Assembly (NCBI RefSeq): GCF_009914755.1 | Contig: NC_060927.1 | Reading direction: 5' to 3' (one strand) | Length of the DNA: 64,000 bases | DNA from: the human T2T-CHM13v2.0 reference genome, Homo sapiens | Part shown: in pieces, positions 53,201-64,000 of the stretch | How positions within the stretch are numbered: the first letter of the stretch is position 1 | How the letters are laid out: each line of letters begins with the position of its first letter | The notes under the pieces: model-generated | The model's input: the letters and a program-made list of their open reading frames with translations, nothing else | Told to the model about the DNA's origin: nothing | Database searches by the model: none | Translations under genes and position numbers: made by a program

Positions 53201-56200
53201 CTGCCAACTGGATTCTACTTCTGCCCTCAAGGACCTTCCACTCTAATGTATGTTTTGGAGAGTTTCTGTCTCTATTATCACTGACAGGTTATTAGCCCAC
53301 TTTAGACAAGTTATAAATATAACCACCTGCCATGATGATTCCTCTTCTTGTTCTTTATTTGTTTTTATTCATTTGCCCTGTAACATCCATTAACCTTTCA
53401 TGAATGACCTGATCCTTTGTGAGCTATACTATCAACACAGCTAATTTTTATATAAATGAGAAACCCCTTCTCCACTCCCAACTAACTTTTCTTTCTCAAA
53501 CAGCCATGAAAATATAAAAGTCTACCCAGAATTATTTAAGTTTTTGAAATGAGTCCTTACAATCTGATCTGAAGCACCATTTTTTTCCTTTCTTTTTTGA
53601 AAGAGGGAATGGAGCCTCAGCCCCTAAGATACATATCTCAAGTTACAGGCAAATTACACACAAGTTACTGGTCTCCCAGACGTAGTACTCACTACTCTCT
53701 GGGGTAGAACAATTTCTGCATTGAACAGAGGACCATAATCTAGCTCAAGTAATCTCAATCTCAGAGAACAGTTAACCAAGTGCATATTTCTGGTCCCTAT
53801 ATTCTCTTATAAGGAGTTACCCTCTCCACTATATTTTGGTATTTTCTGAACCTGGCTACCTTAGGTAAATGACAGTGGACATGGTAAAAAGAACACTAAC
53901 TCTTCCTCAATTTGTTAAACTTGTTTTTCCTCCTCATATGCTTTATAAACAAAAATGGGAGAATTTAATGTATGTATAGAGCAGCAAATGTTCTCTCTGT
54001 TGCTTTCAGACATTTTTATCTTATATAAACAGTGGTGATGAAATTATAAATACCATTATTCCACCTCTATGTTAATACTCTTATTATCTTGCATCAACAG
54101 ACGTGAACAAATACGTACATGACACCAATCAATCCCTTTTCTAAAAATGCAGTTTTTGTATTTCTAAACAGTGGAGGAAGAATTTTATGAATTCAACATG
54201 TAGTTTACCTATTTATATTTTGAATTTTAATAAAGTAAAACCAAATTATCGCTTATGTTCTTTCACACTTACATCAGCCATTAACACTCTCCATGCTGGC
54301 ATGGGGTAGGGGGTGTGTAGAACTAATGGCAATGGGTCCAAGTCCCCTGGGTCAGGTGGTTAGGGGCTTGGCAGGCTGGAGAGGATGTTTAGATGCTGGG
54401 GCAGGATATTTCAACCTGCTTGACAGGTAAGAGATATTTTCTGGCAGTAAGAGGAATATTTTTTATGGAACAAATTGCTAGGGAGAGGTCATTTTGGGGC
54501 ACTAGGTGAGAGAAATATCAAAACCAAACCTAAAAGCAGTCTAAGGGAACTCGGGAAAAGAAAATCACTACTTTTTCAATCTCCTCACTGGTTTCCCTTA
54601 TTCCATAGTGTGCCTTCTCCTTCCATCTTCTAGCACTTCATACTCTTTTCTCCTCCATTTCTTCAGGTTTTCTTTCTCCTACCTCTTTATTATAACAAAA
54701 AAAAGCATTTAGGAAGAATTCTAGGAGACAGGGAGACAAAAAAAAAAAAGAATTTAGAGAAGACATAATAACATACTGCATAAATATGTATGTATGTATG
54801 TATGTGTTTATGTATGTGTATATGTATGTATATATAACAGATATTCGATTTACCAAGAAGGATAAACTGGGACTTTTGAGATTTAAAAAATTCATGGTAT
54901 GTCTGGTCATATTAATCTCCAAACCAGCTTGTTTTTAGCATTGCTAGAGCTATAACAGAATCAGGAGTAGAAAACAAAAGGAAAAAAATAAAATTTAACA
55001 AAGGATTTATATTTGCAAAGGAAAGAGGACTTATTTAGAGTTGTTTATTGAAATTCCCCCAAAGCTATTTTTTGAACTTATATATTGACAACATCAAGAG
55101 AAGGAGCTTAGGAATTCTCATAGGGTTTAGGAACTACTAAACCTTGTATATTATGTTCATCTCAGTCCACTCAAGCAAGTAAAGGATAACTAGAGGATGG
55201 TATCTCACAGTGCATAACATGGTTGGTTACTTTGCTAGGCTGACATATGGAGACAGGGCCCATAGGAGCAGAGCTTTTCTTACGAATACCAGAGAGAGAC
55301 ACCCAGGTTCATCTAAATGTATAGGGCATGAGGGATTAGTGGTACAGTGTTATCTGCAAAGTACCTAAAAGTGTTTTCTAAACAAGCACTAACTTCTTAG
55401 CCCAGTCTTCTTGGGGATTAAACAAAATCCAATAGTAAGTAATGGGGAATACTTTATTTGGTCACTGGGTTGGGGAGGGTTGCTGAGACATATGACAACA
55501 TTCAATCCATTAAGATAGGAGGAAATGAGGAGAAAGAGAAAACAAAGAAAGGGAGAGCGAGGGCCAGAAAAGAAGAGTGTCACCTCTGTAGACTCTCTAA
55601 CAGAATAAATCGATAATCTTAAGAAAAGTAAAAGAGCATGCCTAGAGGGAAACCTCAGCACACTTTTGGAATCCAAGGCAAAAAATAAAACAATTTGCTT
55701 CTTGTCAAGTTTATTGCCATTGACCCATGGGAGGTTCCTATTTATTCTGCTCTTACATGCACAGGTATTTCTTCTACTCTTACATTCTTTTCCTAAGGAT
55801 TAGCATTCTGTGATAATGGTGGTAATGACAGCTGCCTTAAATTAGTGGCAAGTTAGGAATGAAACACTGACCACCAGGCTATGTTCTTGAATCCAGTCTA
55901 TGCCCTGTAATGTGTTCATTCTACTTTCTGCATTTTCTCTGAGACCTGTCGCATAAGACTTGTTTTGTAAGGCCGGGCTCCTTACGGGGACACATATGGC
56001 TCCAGAAAACAAGTACTCTACTTTCTCACCCTGACTTTTTGGTTTTCTTGTTTTTTCCTCTTTTCTCCCAGACTATTATTTTCCAGTTTCTTCTCTACCA
56101 GTCTGGACGCCCATGGTTGTTAACTTTAGAGATACCCACCAGCTCCATCAATTCCCTCATCTACAGTTCTCAACTGTATTTACCTAGTTCTGGAGCTCAG

Positions 56201-57348
56201 ATGAACCCACATGTATGTTCTCCTCAGCTTCCAGGCTGCTGATCCTTGCTGGAGAAAAAGCACAAAACTGTACAGCTTGATGCTCCTGCAGAATTACGGT
56301 TTCCAGCATAAGTTCGAATTTCAGAATTAGTTTGCAATTTTAAAATTTGCTCCTAGTCAGTTTCCTTTTTCACTCCACAGTTTCATTCATTACTCTATTT
56401 AACTGGTTATAACCCATCCCCTACCCTTCACTCTCAGCTAGTAACCTTGCCTCCTTTTGCATAGAGAAAACAGAGGCCATCAAATGGCACTTCCTATCAC
56501 TCCACCTTTGCCACCAATGAATCCGCCTGTAACATTTCAGAGATCTTTCTGCCTAGCACTGATAACCTCATCCAGGATCTTATTATATCAGTTACTTTTC
56601 CTTTCTTTTGTATTTTCAATTTTCCTACTGCCTGCCAACATGCTTTAGCTGTCTTCATTTAAGGTAACAACAATAACAATGATAATAAACTAACAAACAA
56701 CAAACCATCTTTTGCAGACTTTATCTTTCCCTCTTTTGTGCCACCTTCAAGCTTCCTAAGCTCCCGTTTATTCCTCAAACCATTACAATCTGGTTTCTCT
56801 AGCTGTGTTTCTAATTAAACAATTTTTTTTTTTTTTTTTGCCAAAGTCACCAAACACTTCTGAATTGTTAGCTTCCAAAATCCATTCTTCAACCTCATTG
56901 TTTTCTTTCTTTTAAAGGTCAGGTTCACTGAGGTATAATTTACATACAATAAAATTCATCCTTGCTATACTCATTTACCATTCAATAAGTTTTGCCTTAT
57001 ATGTTGGAGGCCTGTAAAATGAAGCCCAACCCCCAAGCCGCTTTGCTTCATATACAAATCCCTTTGGCACCTCTCAGCAGTCTTCCCCACATAACCCATT
57101 GTCTGGTGACACCACACTACTCAGCATTCAAGGATATATGCCATGTACATTCATGCCCCTTGTACTTTCTTTATGTTTCCTCTCTATAAACATATATGTC
57201 TTGGTATAACACAGTAAATGCTATTTAATATTACCACATCAATTTCCATATAGAATCATAAATCTATACGTTATTTTGAGAAGCTGAGGTTTTCCAAATA
57301 GAAGTCATCCATCAAAATGCTACTACCTGAAGATCTCTATTATTTTAG

Positions 57349-57796
57349 TATTATGGGTTGATTATGTTCCCTTAAAATTCATATGTTGACATTCTGGCCC
57401 CCAATTCTTTAGAATATGAATAGATGTGTGAATAGGGTCATTGAAGATGTGATTAAGATGAGGTCATGCTGTAGAGTGGGCCTGCAATCCAATATGACTA
57501 GTGTACTTATAAAAAAGAGAAACTTAAACACAGACATGCACACAGGGAGAACATCATGTGACGATGACGGCAGAGATTGGGGCTGATGCTTCTATAAGCC
57601 AAGGAACACCAAAGATTGCCAGGAAACCACCAGAAGCTGGGTGGGAGTCACGGAACTCACAGCCTTAGAAGGAGCCGACCCTGTTGATACTTTAATCTTG
57701 AACATCTAGCTTCTATAACTGTGAGACAAAAAATTTCTGTTGTTTAAGCCACTCAGTTTGTGGTAGTTCGTTACAAAGCCCCAGAAAACTGATATA
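57349..57796 (+). mobile_element. MLT1B/C-like MaLR LTR
   Basis: ttatgggttga...aaattcatatgttga...aatccaatatgactagtgt...aatttctgttgtttaagccactcagtttgtggta. Confidence 0.88.
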
Positions 57797-58397
57797 CTCA
57801 GTAAAAGAAAAAATCTTCAGTATATTGGAATCAGTTCTTTCACTCATCAGGTACTTACTGAGTGCCTACTATGTGCTAGGAACTGCTCTAGGATATTGAA
57901 TGAATGACTAAGAACTTCATCACGTTACTGCATTTTTTGTTCACTAATAAGTAATCAATCTATCAATCAATATATTAATAGATGAAATGCCTATCATTTA
58001 TTTTATCAGCAAACATTTGTTGAGTATCTCCTATGTGTCAGACATCGTTCTAGGCACAGAGGATAACATTATTGGCAGATCAAGTTCTCCACCTTGTATA
58101 GTTTAAATTCCAGTAGAGGGAACATATATTAAACAAGAAAATAAGTAAATAAGATATGTAATTTTACTCTGTTTCTGACACTGAGAGTCATAGGCATTTA
58201 TCCTCTAAATCACTGAACAAAGCTTGGAACTAGATAGCGAACATGTTACTTCACAGTTTACAAAGTAATAAGGAAGACAATGAGGTCTCATACTAGAGGC
58301 ACGTTAAACCACAGGCAGTGTGCAGGCTTAAAGTGTTTGGGAAGGACATCCCAAAAGCTAGGTTTCTTAGTCAGTTCGTCAGTCAATCAACACATAT

Positions 58398-58691
58398 TTC
58401 TTTTTTTTTTTTTTGACCAAATTTCTCTCTGTTGCCCAGGCTGAAGTGCTGTGACACGATCTCGGCTCACTGCACCCTCTGCCTCCCGGGTTCAAGCAAT
58501 TCTCTGCCTCAGCCTCCCTAGTAGCTGGGATTACAGGCACCTGCTACCATGCCCGGCTAATTTTTGTATTTTTAGTAGAGATGGGATTTCACCATCTTGG
58601 CCAGGTTGGTCTTGAATTCCTGACCTCATGATCCACCCGCCTCGGCCTCCCAAAGTGCTAGGATTACAGGTGTGAGCCACTGCACCCAGCC
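58398..58691 (-). mobile_element. Alu (AluS-like), flanked by L2-like sequence
   Basis: Poly-T, full dimer ending gtgagccactgcacccagcc. Confidence 0.94.
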
Positions 58692-59593
58692 ATTTGACAT
58701 GTATTTTTTAAGCGCTTACTGTATACCAGGCCCTATGCTGAAGATAGTAGAACTGTGGACAGAGCCAACATGGTACTATTACCCACTGAGCTCACATTCT
58801 AAGGGGAAAAATTTGAACAACAAATCTCACAGTCCGTTCTTTATCATATATCCTCATAAGAATACATAAAGGGGGTTAGGAGATCACCTGGGTCAGAGGA
58901 CTGGCCCATGAGGGGTTTCCAAGGGGCCTTCCTTGAAGATGTGGTGCCCGGACACTGCTTTAGGGCTGGGGTATGGGTATTGGTTTGAGCAGGGTCATGA
59001 AGTTTTCGGTTTCTTCTTCCTCATCCCCTTTCAACCATGTACACACATTTCAAATACTTAAAAGCATTCTTCAAATATACTAAGAACACCAAGAACTAAA
59101 CACAAGAGAAGGACTCTCCAGAGGAAAGGGGCCAAAAATAGAAGAGAAAAAAAACCCCTAATCTCACCATTTGTTTTGAAAACACCCAAAATGATTAAAA
59201 CATATTATAAACTAAAACATATGAACTAATCACTTGCCAAGTTTCATTTTTAAATCAAAGCCGTTTTGAGGTTCATAAACTGAAAAAAGAATCTTCAAAT
59301 ATGAACTTGTGTTTTTCTTTTCTTGGCCCTCAGTTGGCTTGAAGCATTTGCTGTTATGCTGTGTGGAGGGAAGGGGAACCTGCTAGTTAGGAACATGTGG
59401 CATGCATGTACTAGAAGGTAAGCTCCACAAGATCATGACTCTTCACAGTGGTATCCCTGGTAAGTAGAAGAGTGCCTGAAAGATAACAGGGGCTCAATAA
59501 ATACCTGCTGAATGATCAACTAGTGAATATTCTGGGCCCTTTAAGGGATTCTCCAACTCTCTTTTCTTACCCAAGCTGCATCTTGCTTTAGGC

Positions 59594-59799
59594 CAGTGGT
59601 TCTCAACCTGGGGCTAATTTTTGCCCCCAGTCAGGGGATATCTGTATTTTTTGTTGTCACAGTTAGAGAAGTTCCTACTGGCATTTAGAGGGTAGATGCC
59701 AGGGACGCTGCTAAACATCTTACAGTGCACAGGACAGCCCTGTTCCACAGAGATTTATCTGGCCCCAAAGGTTAATAGGGCCAAAGTTATGAAACTCTG
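59594..59799. mobile_element. MER20 hAT-Charlie DNA transposon
   Basis: cagtggttctcaacctgggg...ccagggacgctgctaaacatcttacagtgcacaggacagccc...gaaactctg; degenerate 8-bp TSD ctttaggc/atttatgc. Confidence 0.9.
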
Positions 59800-61114
59800 A
59801 TTTATGCCCTTTGTTTCTATTGGGCTGTACCTGGGAGTCAGATCCTCTGCATATTTGGAATGAAGTTCAGTCCTAAAGGAAGCACCCCAGAAAAGCCTCA
59901 TTGCTTCATCCTCATTCCCTTCAAGACCTAATAGAACTGCCCCCACTCTAAGGCAGGCTCAGAGAGAGCCAATTTTGCCTTTTGTCCTCCCTGGGTCAAC
60001 AATGCAATTGCTAGGGAAATCATCTGAAAAAGTCTGTCTCTACAATGCAAGTAAATAATTTTTACAGTACATTGGTAATTTCCCTGAGCTTACCTAAGCA
60101 TATATACTAATTTAGTAAAATTCTCTTGTTTACAAACTAGTCATGTATCTGCAGGAAAAAAAAATCTCCTCAAGTTCAACCAGTTTATCCATGTCTGCTC
60201 AGGATCAGTACATGACTCTAGCTTTATTCATGATAAATAAGATCAACTTCAAGAATTCCATCAAACCCCAGTAATGTGCCTTTAGAGAGACTGGGCTTAT
60301 AGCATTTCCTCTGCCACCCTCCTTGCCCTGCATATTAAAATACAGGTATCTGATTCCAGTTTCAATGGGGAAACTTCTGTCGTGCCAGAGGAGGGCATGC
60401 GCTGATTTCCCCACTCTGATGGTTGCTCTAGTAATCTTGGTGTTGTGGCATGTTTCCCAGTTACCATAGAGACTGCATACACTAAGACTGCAGCATTGTG
60501 ATTGGTGGGAAAGATACATTTTGCAGAAGCTTTTCTGGAGAGATAAAGGTAAGACACGAGAAAGAAAGTGAGACTGCCAATAAAGGGGCAGAGCACAGAG
60601 AAGTCCCAAACAACCATACATTCTAGAAAACTGGGACAGCAGAGATTACAACTACTGCTATAAAACTACATAAACTGTTCACTCAATGGCTGCCTGTCAG
60701 GAAAATTTCAAGTATTGTCAGACAGAACAGACACAAGATATTCTAGAATAAAAAGGTAAACAAGTAAACCTACTGAGGTTATAGGGGTGACAAAAGGGAA
60801 ATGGCAAGAAAACATTTAAAAATGATTCAATGCTAGAAAAAAAAAAGAATCTCAGAGAGCAATAAAATTTAAAGTTACATTTAACTTTAAATGTAGGCTG
60901 ACCTTTGGGGAATTATTTAAATTCTGAGTACCTCTGCTTCCTTCCCTATGAAAAAGAAAAAGAAAAAAAGAATAAAGATGGAAATAGAAAGAATAAAGAT
61001 GACTTCTCTCTCACTGTTTAACAGGAGTCTCTTTAAATATCTCAATAATTTGACATTATATCAGTTGAATATGATGTACCCCCCACACAAAAATCAGACA
61101 AAAACACTTAAAGG

Positions 61115-61200
61115 GGGTGATAAATAGGGGGACGTCATTAACAATGCAAATTGACTCATTCCATAGTTTCTTAGAGTAATGAGTCAACTGACTACGTGAT
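61115..61200. promoter_or_regulatory. Candidate enhancer: GATA, CRE-like, octamer and two AP-1 sites
   Basis: TGATAA near 61119; GACGTCA 61131-61137; ATGCAAAT 61144-61151; TGACTCA 61152-61158; TGAGTCA 61180-61186. Confidence 0.45.
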
Positions 61201-62749
61201 CTCATGTACATAATTTTGTTCGGCATGAGATTTTGAGGTATACAATTACTACAGAAATCAAGGTATACCTGCAATGTAAAGGGTAAATCGTAGGCATTTT
61301 AAATGAAAGCTGGGGATAGGATGTGTGTTGGTTTGAGGGATGAGTGGGAGTGGATTTAAGAGAAAATCAGTCTAGGAAAATATCACATAAGTGTTTGTAA
61401 GTTCCTTGATATTCAGGTCTGTATCTTGTAATGCTTTATTAAACATATTTCAGACTAATATGTCCATTGCCTACTGGACATTCATATCTCCCTGTTTTTA
61501 AATACCTTTCAAATCTGTATCTTGAGCCATTACTTATCTCTTGACCTCTAACCCTTTATATCAAATGAATTACTAGACAATTACAATTAGATATTCCAAA
61601 AGCATCCTAAATTCAACATGTCAAAGCTGAACTCATCTTTTCCTTCAAACTTTCTCTTCCTCCTATGTTCCCTATGTGAGTAAATATTAATAGTATTACC
61701 ATTCACCCATCTGCCAAAGTTCCATACCTAGGAAGAATCATGGTTGCTTTTATCTCACCTTCAAATAATCACCCGTGCATATAGATGTGCAATCCTAATA
61801 ACCAAAGGAGGCCTTTTTTGAATAGAAAGCAATATTTACAGTTAATTGGGTTTTGAACTAATATTAATTTATTAAACTTACAAATTTTAAAAGCCTAGTT
61901 TTCTTTACACCTTTACCTGTTAAAAACACACATATATTTTTCTATGTCTTAATATAGCAATTTTTGCATAAAATAAGAAAAATTACTTTCAGGAAGGGTG
62001 AGATTACTAGACAAAAAAATTTGGGACCTCAAACTATTTCAACTGTCAGTCAGAATGTTAAAAGAATGAGAGTTAGGGTCTGATCTGGGAACACCTTTCA
62101 AATGATTTTGCCAAGGTCACCAGTAGACACACTGAATGTTTTTATAGTCACTCTGAAAATGAGAAATTTTACGTCTATACCCTACAAAGGAAAATTTACA
62201 ATCCAGGTCCTCTATGTTTAAGTTTCATTCTTATCTAACTCTTTTATAATCACTTTCCACTTTATAGCCTGATAAAGGTAGACAATATTTTGTGTCTCCA
62301 CTAACCAGGTTTCTTGAATCTAGTGCCCTTTCACTTCATAACGTTTTTCACATTTCTACCTCTCTCATCCCCATTGCACCACATTAGCTCAGAGCATCAT
62401 TATCTGTCACTTGTAATATTGCGACAGTACATTGTACTATATTTTCTTAAGTTTCTGAGTCTTTGCACATGTCACCACCTGTGTCTAGAACACCCATATT
62501 CCCTGATAAACATTTACTGAATGAAAAAAAAGTTAATAAATGCTTTGGATGTTGCTGCTTTGGGTGCTGAACAGAAATAGTGGCCTATCTAAGATTCTGG
62601 ATAAGCCTGCATAAAGCACTCTTACTTTCAAAATTAATTTTGAAGAATAAGAAAATTTTGCCATGGAGAATCATGGAGCCTATGCCACAATATTATGTTT
62701 TGCATTTAATAAAACACCTCCAAACCCAGGGAAAGAATCAGTTATTACT

Positions 62750-64000
62750 TCCTTCAATTCATACAACGAATATTTACTGAACACTCTCTATGTGCCAGGC
62801 TCTGTACTAGGCACTGAGGATTTCTTAGAGCATAGAACAGGCAAAAAACAAACAAACAAAACCGAAAAAAACCTCACAATCATGGGGCTTATATTCCATG
62901 GCAAGAGGAAATAAATGTGTAAATAAAATATATATTTTGTCTGAAGGCAGTAGGTGCTATGAACCAAAAGGGGTGGAAAGCTAAATGTTAAATACAGTGG
63001 TTATGAAAGGCCTTACTTAGAAGTGAAAATTGAGCAAAGACCTGAAGATGATAAGCAAACAAGCCTTATCTGGGGAAAACATTTAAGGCGGTCAGAAAAG
63101 CAAGTGCAAATGTGAAATCATGCATGGTAGGCTGGAGGTTAGGAAGGGGGTCAATGAAGGTTGAGGGGAGTGAGCTAGGGTGGAGCGCTAAATGAAGACA
63201 GAGAGGTAATGGGGAAATTGAATATGGAGGGTCTTGTGAACTACTGCAAAGGCTTTTCTTCCAAGTGAGATGTTGAGCCATTAGAGAGTTCTGAGCAGAG
63301 AAGTGATGTGGTCTGACTGAAATTACATTACATATATTGCAAAGCATCACTCTGGCTATCATTTTGAGAATAGACTGTAAGTGGTAAGGCCAGAAGCAGG
63401 GAAGACAATTAGGAGGCTACTGCAATAATCCGGGTAAGAAATGATAGTTGCTTGGATTAGGGTAGTAGTGGTGATGAGGATGAGGAGTGGTAAGATTCTG
63501 GACTTATTCTGAAGGTAGAGCTGCAGGATTTGTTCAATGGTTGGGTTTGTGAGAGAAATACAGGTCTGGGAGAGAAATAAATTTTTGATTTGAGTAACCC
63601 TAAAGGTGGAGCGTTATTTACCAATATTGGGGAGGCTATGTATTTGCTTGGTAAAATAAGGAATTCCATTTCTGGTATGTCAAGTTTGAGATGCTCATTA
63701 GACAGACGTGGAGATGTTGAATAGGCAGCTGAATATGTGAGCCTAGAATTCTGTGTAAAGGCCTGGACTAGAGATACAAGCTTGCACCATAAGCTTGGGT
63801 GCAAATATTAAGAGAGTGAATGGAGCTGAAGAGAAGAGCTTCAAAGATTGAGCTCTAGGGCCCTCTAATGTTTACCTGCTTGGGAAATGAGAATATGCTA
63901 GCAAAAGAGACTGAGGAGGAGTAGACTGTGAGGCAGGAAAAAAATCAGGAGAGTGTGGTGGACTGAACGCCAAGCGAAGAAAGTGTTTTAATGGAGAATG
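62750..64000 (-). mobile_element. L2a LINE, running off the window end
   Basis: Reverse L2 3' end caacgaatatttactgaacactctctatgtgccaggc, then atcactctggct, aggaggctactgcaataatcc, aagtttgagatgc. Confidence 0.88.

Noticed and set aside
60205-60621. 138-aa minus-strand ORF
   Set aside because: No recognisable domain or splice context, and the length is within chance range for this slightly GC-richer stretch.

Overview
This is AT-rich, CpG-depleted primate (almost certainly human) genomic DNA, not prokaryotic. It is dominated by interspersed repeats (Alu, MIR, L2, old L1, CR1/L3, MaLR LTRs, hAT DNA transposons) and microsatellites. I find no convincing protein-coding exon, tRNA, rRNA or CRISPR array. 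The one clear gene feature is a 40-nt minus-strand exon at 41170-41209 with canonical splice sites. From memory it matches a 5'UTR exon of ZBTB20 (chr3q13), which would make the rest of the window ZBTB20 intron; this needs BLAT confirmation. The most notable unexplained structures are: a 78-nt near-perfect hairpin (24680-24757), a 180-codon ORF in apparently unique sequence (20251-20793), a locally templated 127-bp duplication (6845-6971 vs 8014-8161), a closely spaced inverted Alu pair sharing non-consensus bases, two motif-dense enhancer candidates, and several candidate cryptic or recursive exons. I cannot support a claim of a new biological system; these are testable leads. Repeat subfamily names come from recalled consensus sequences, and boundaries of old repeats are approximate.
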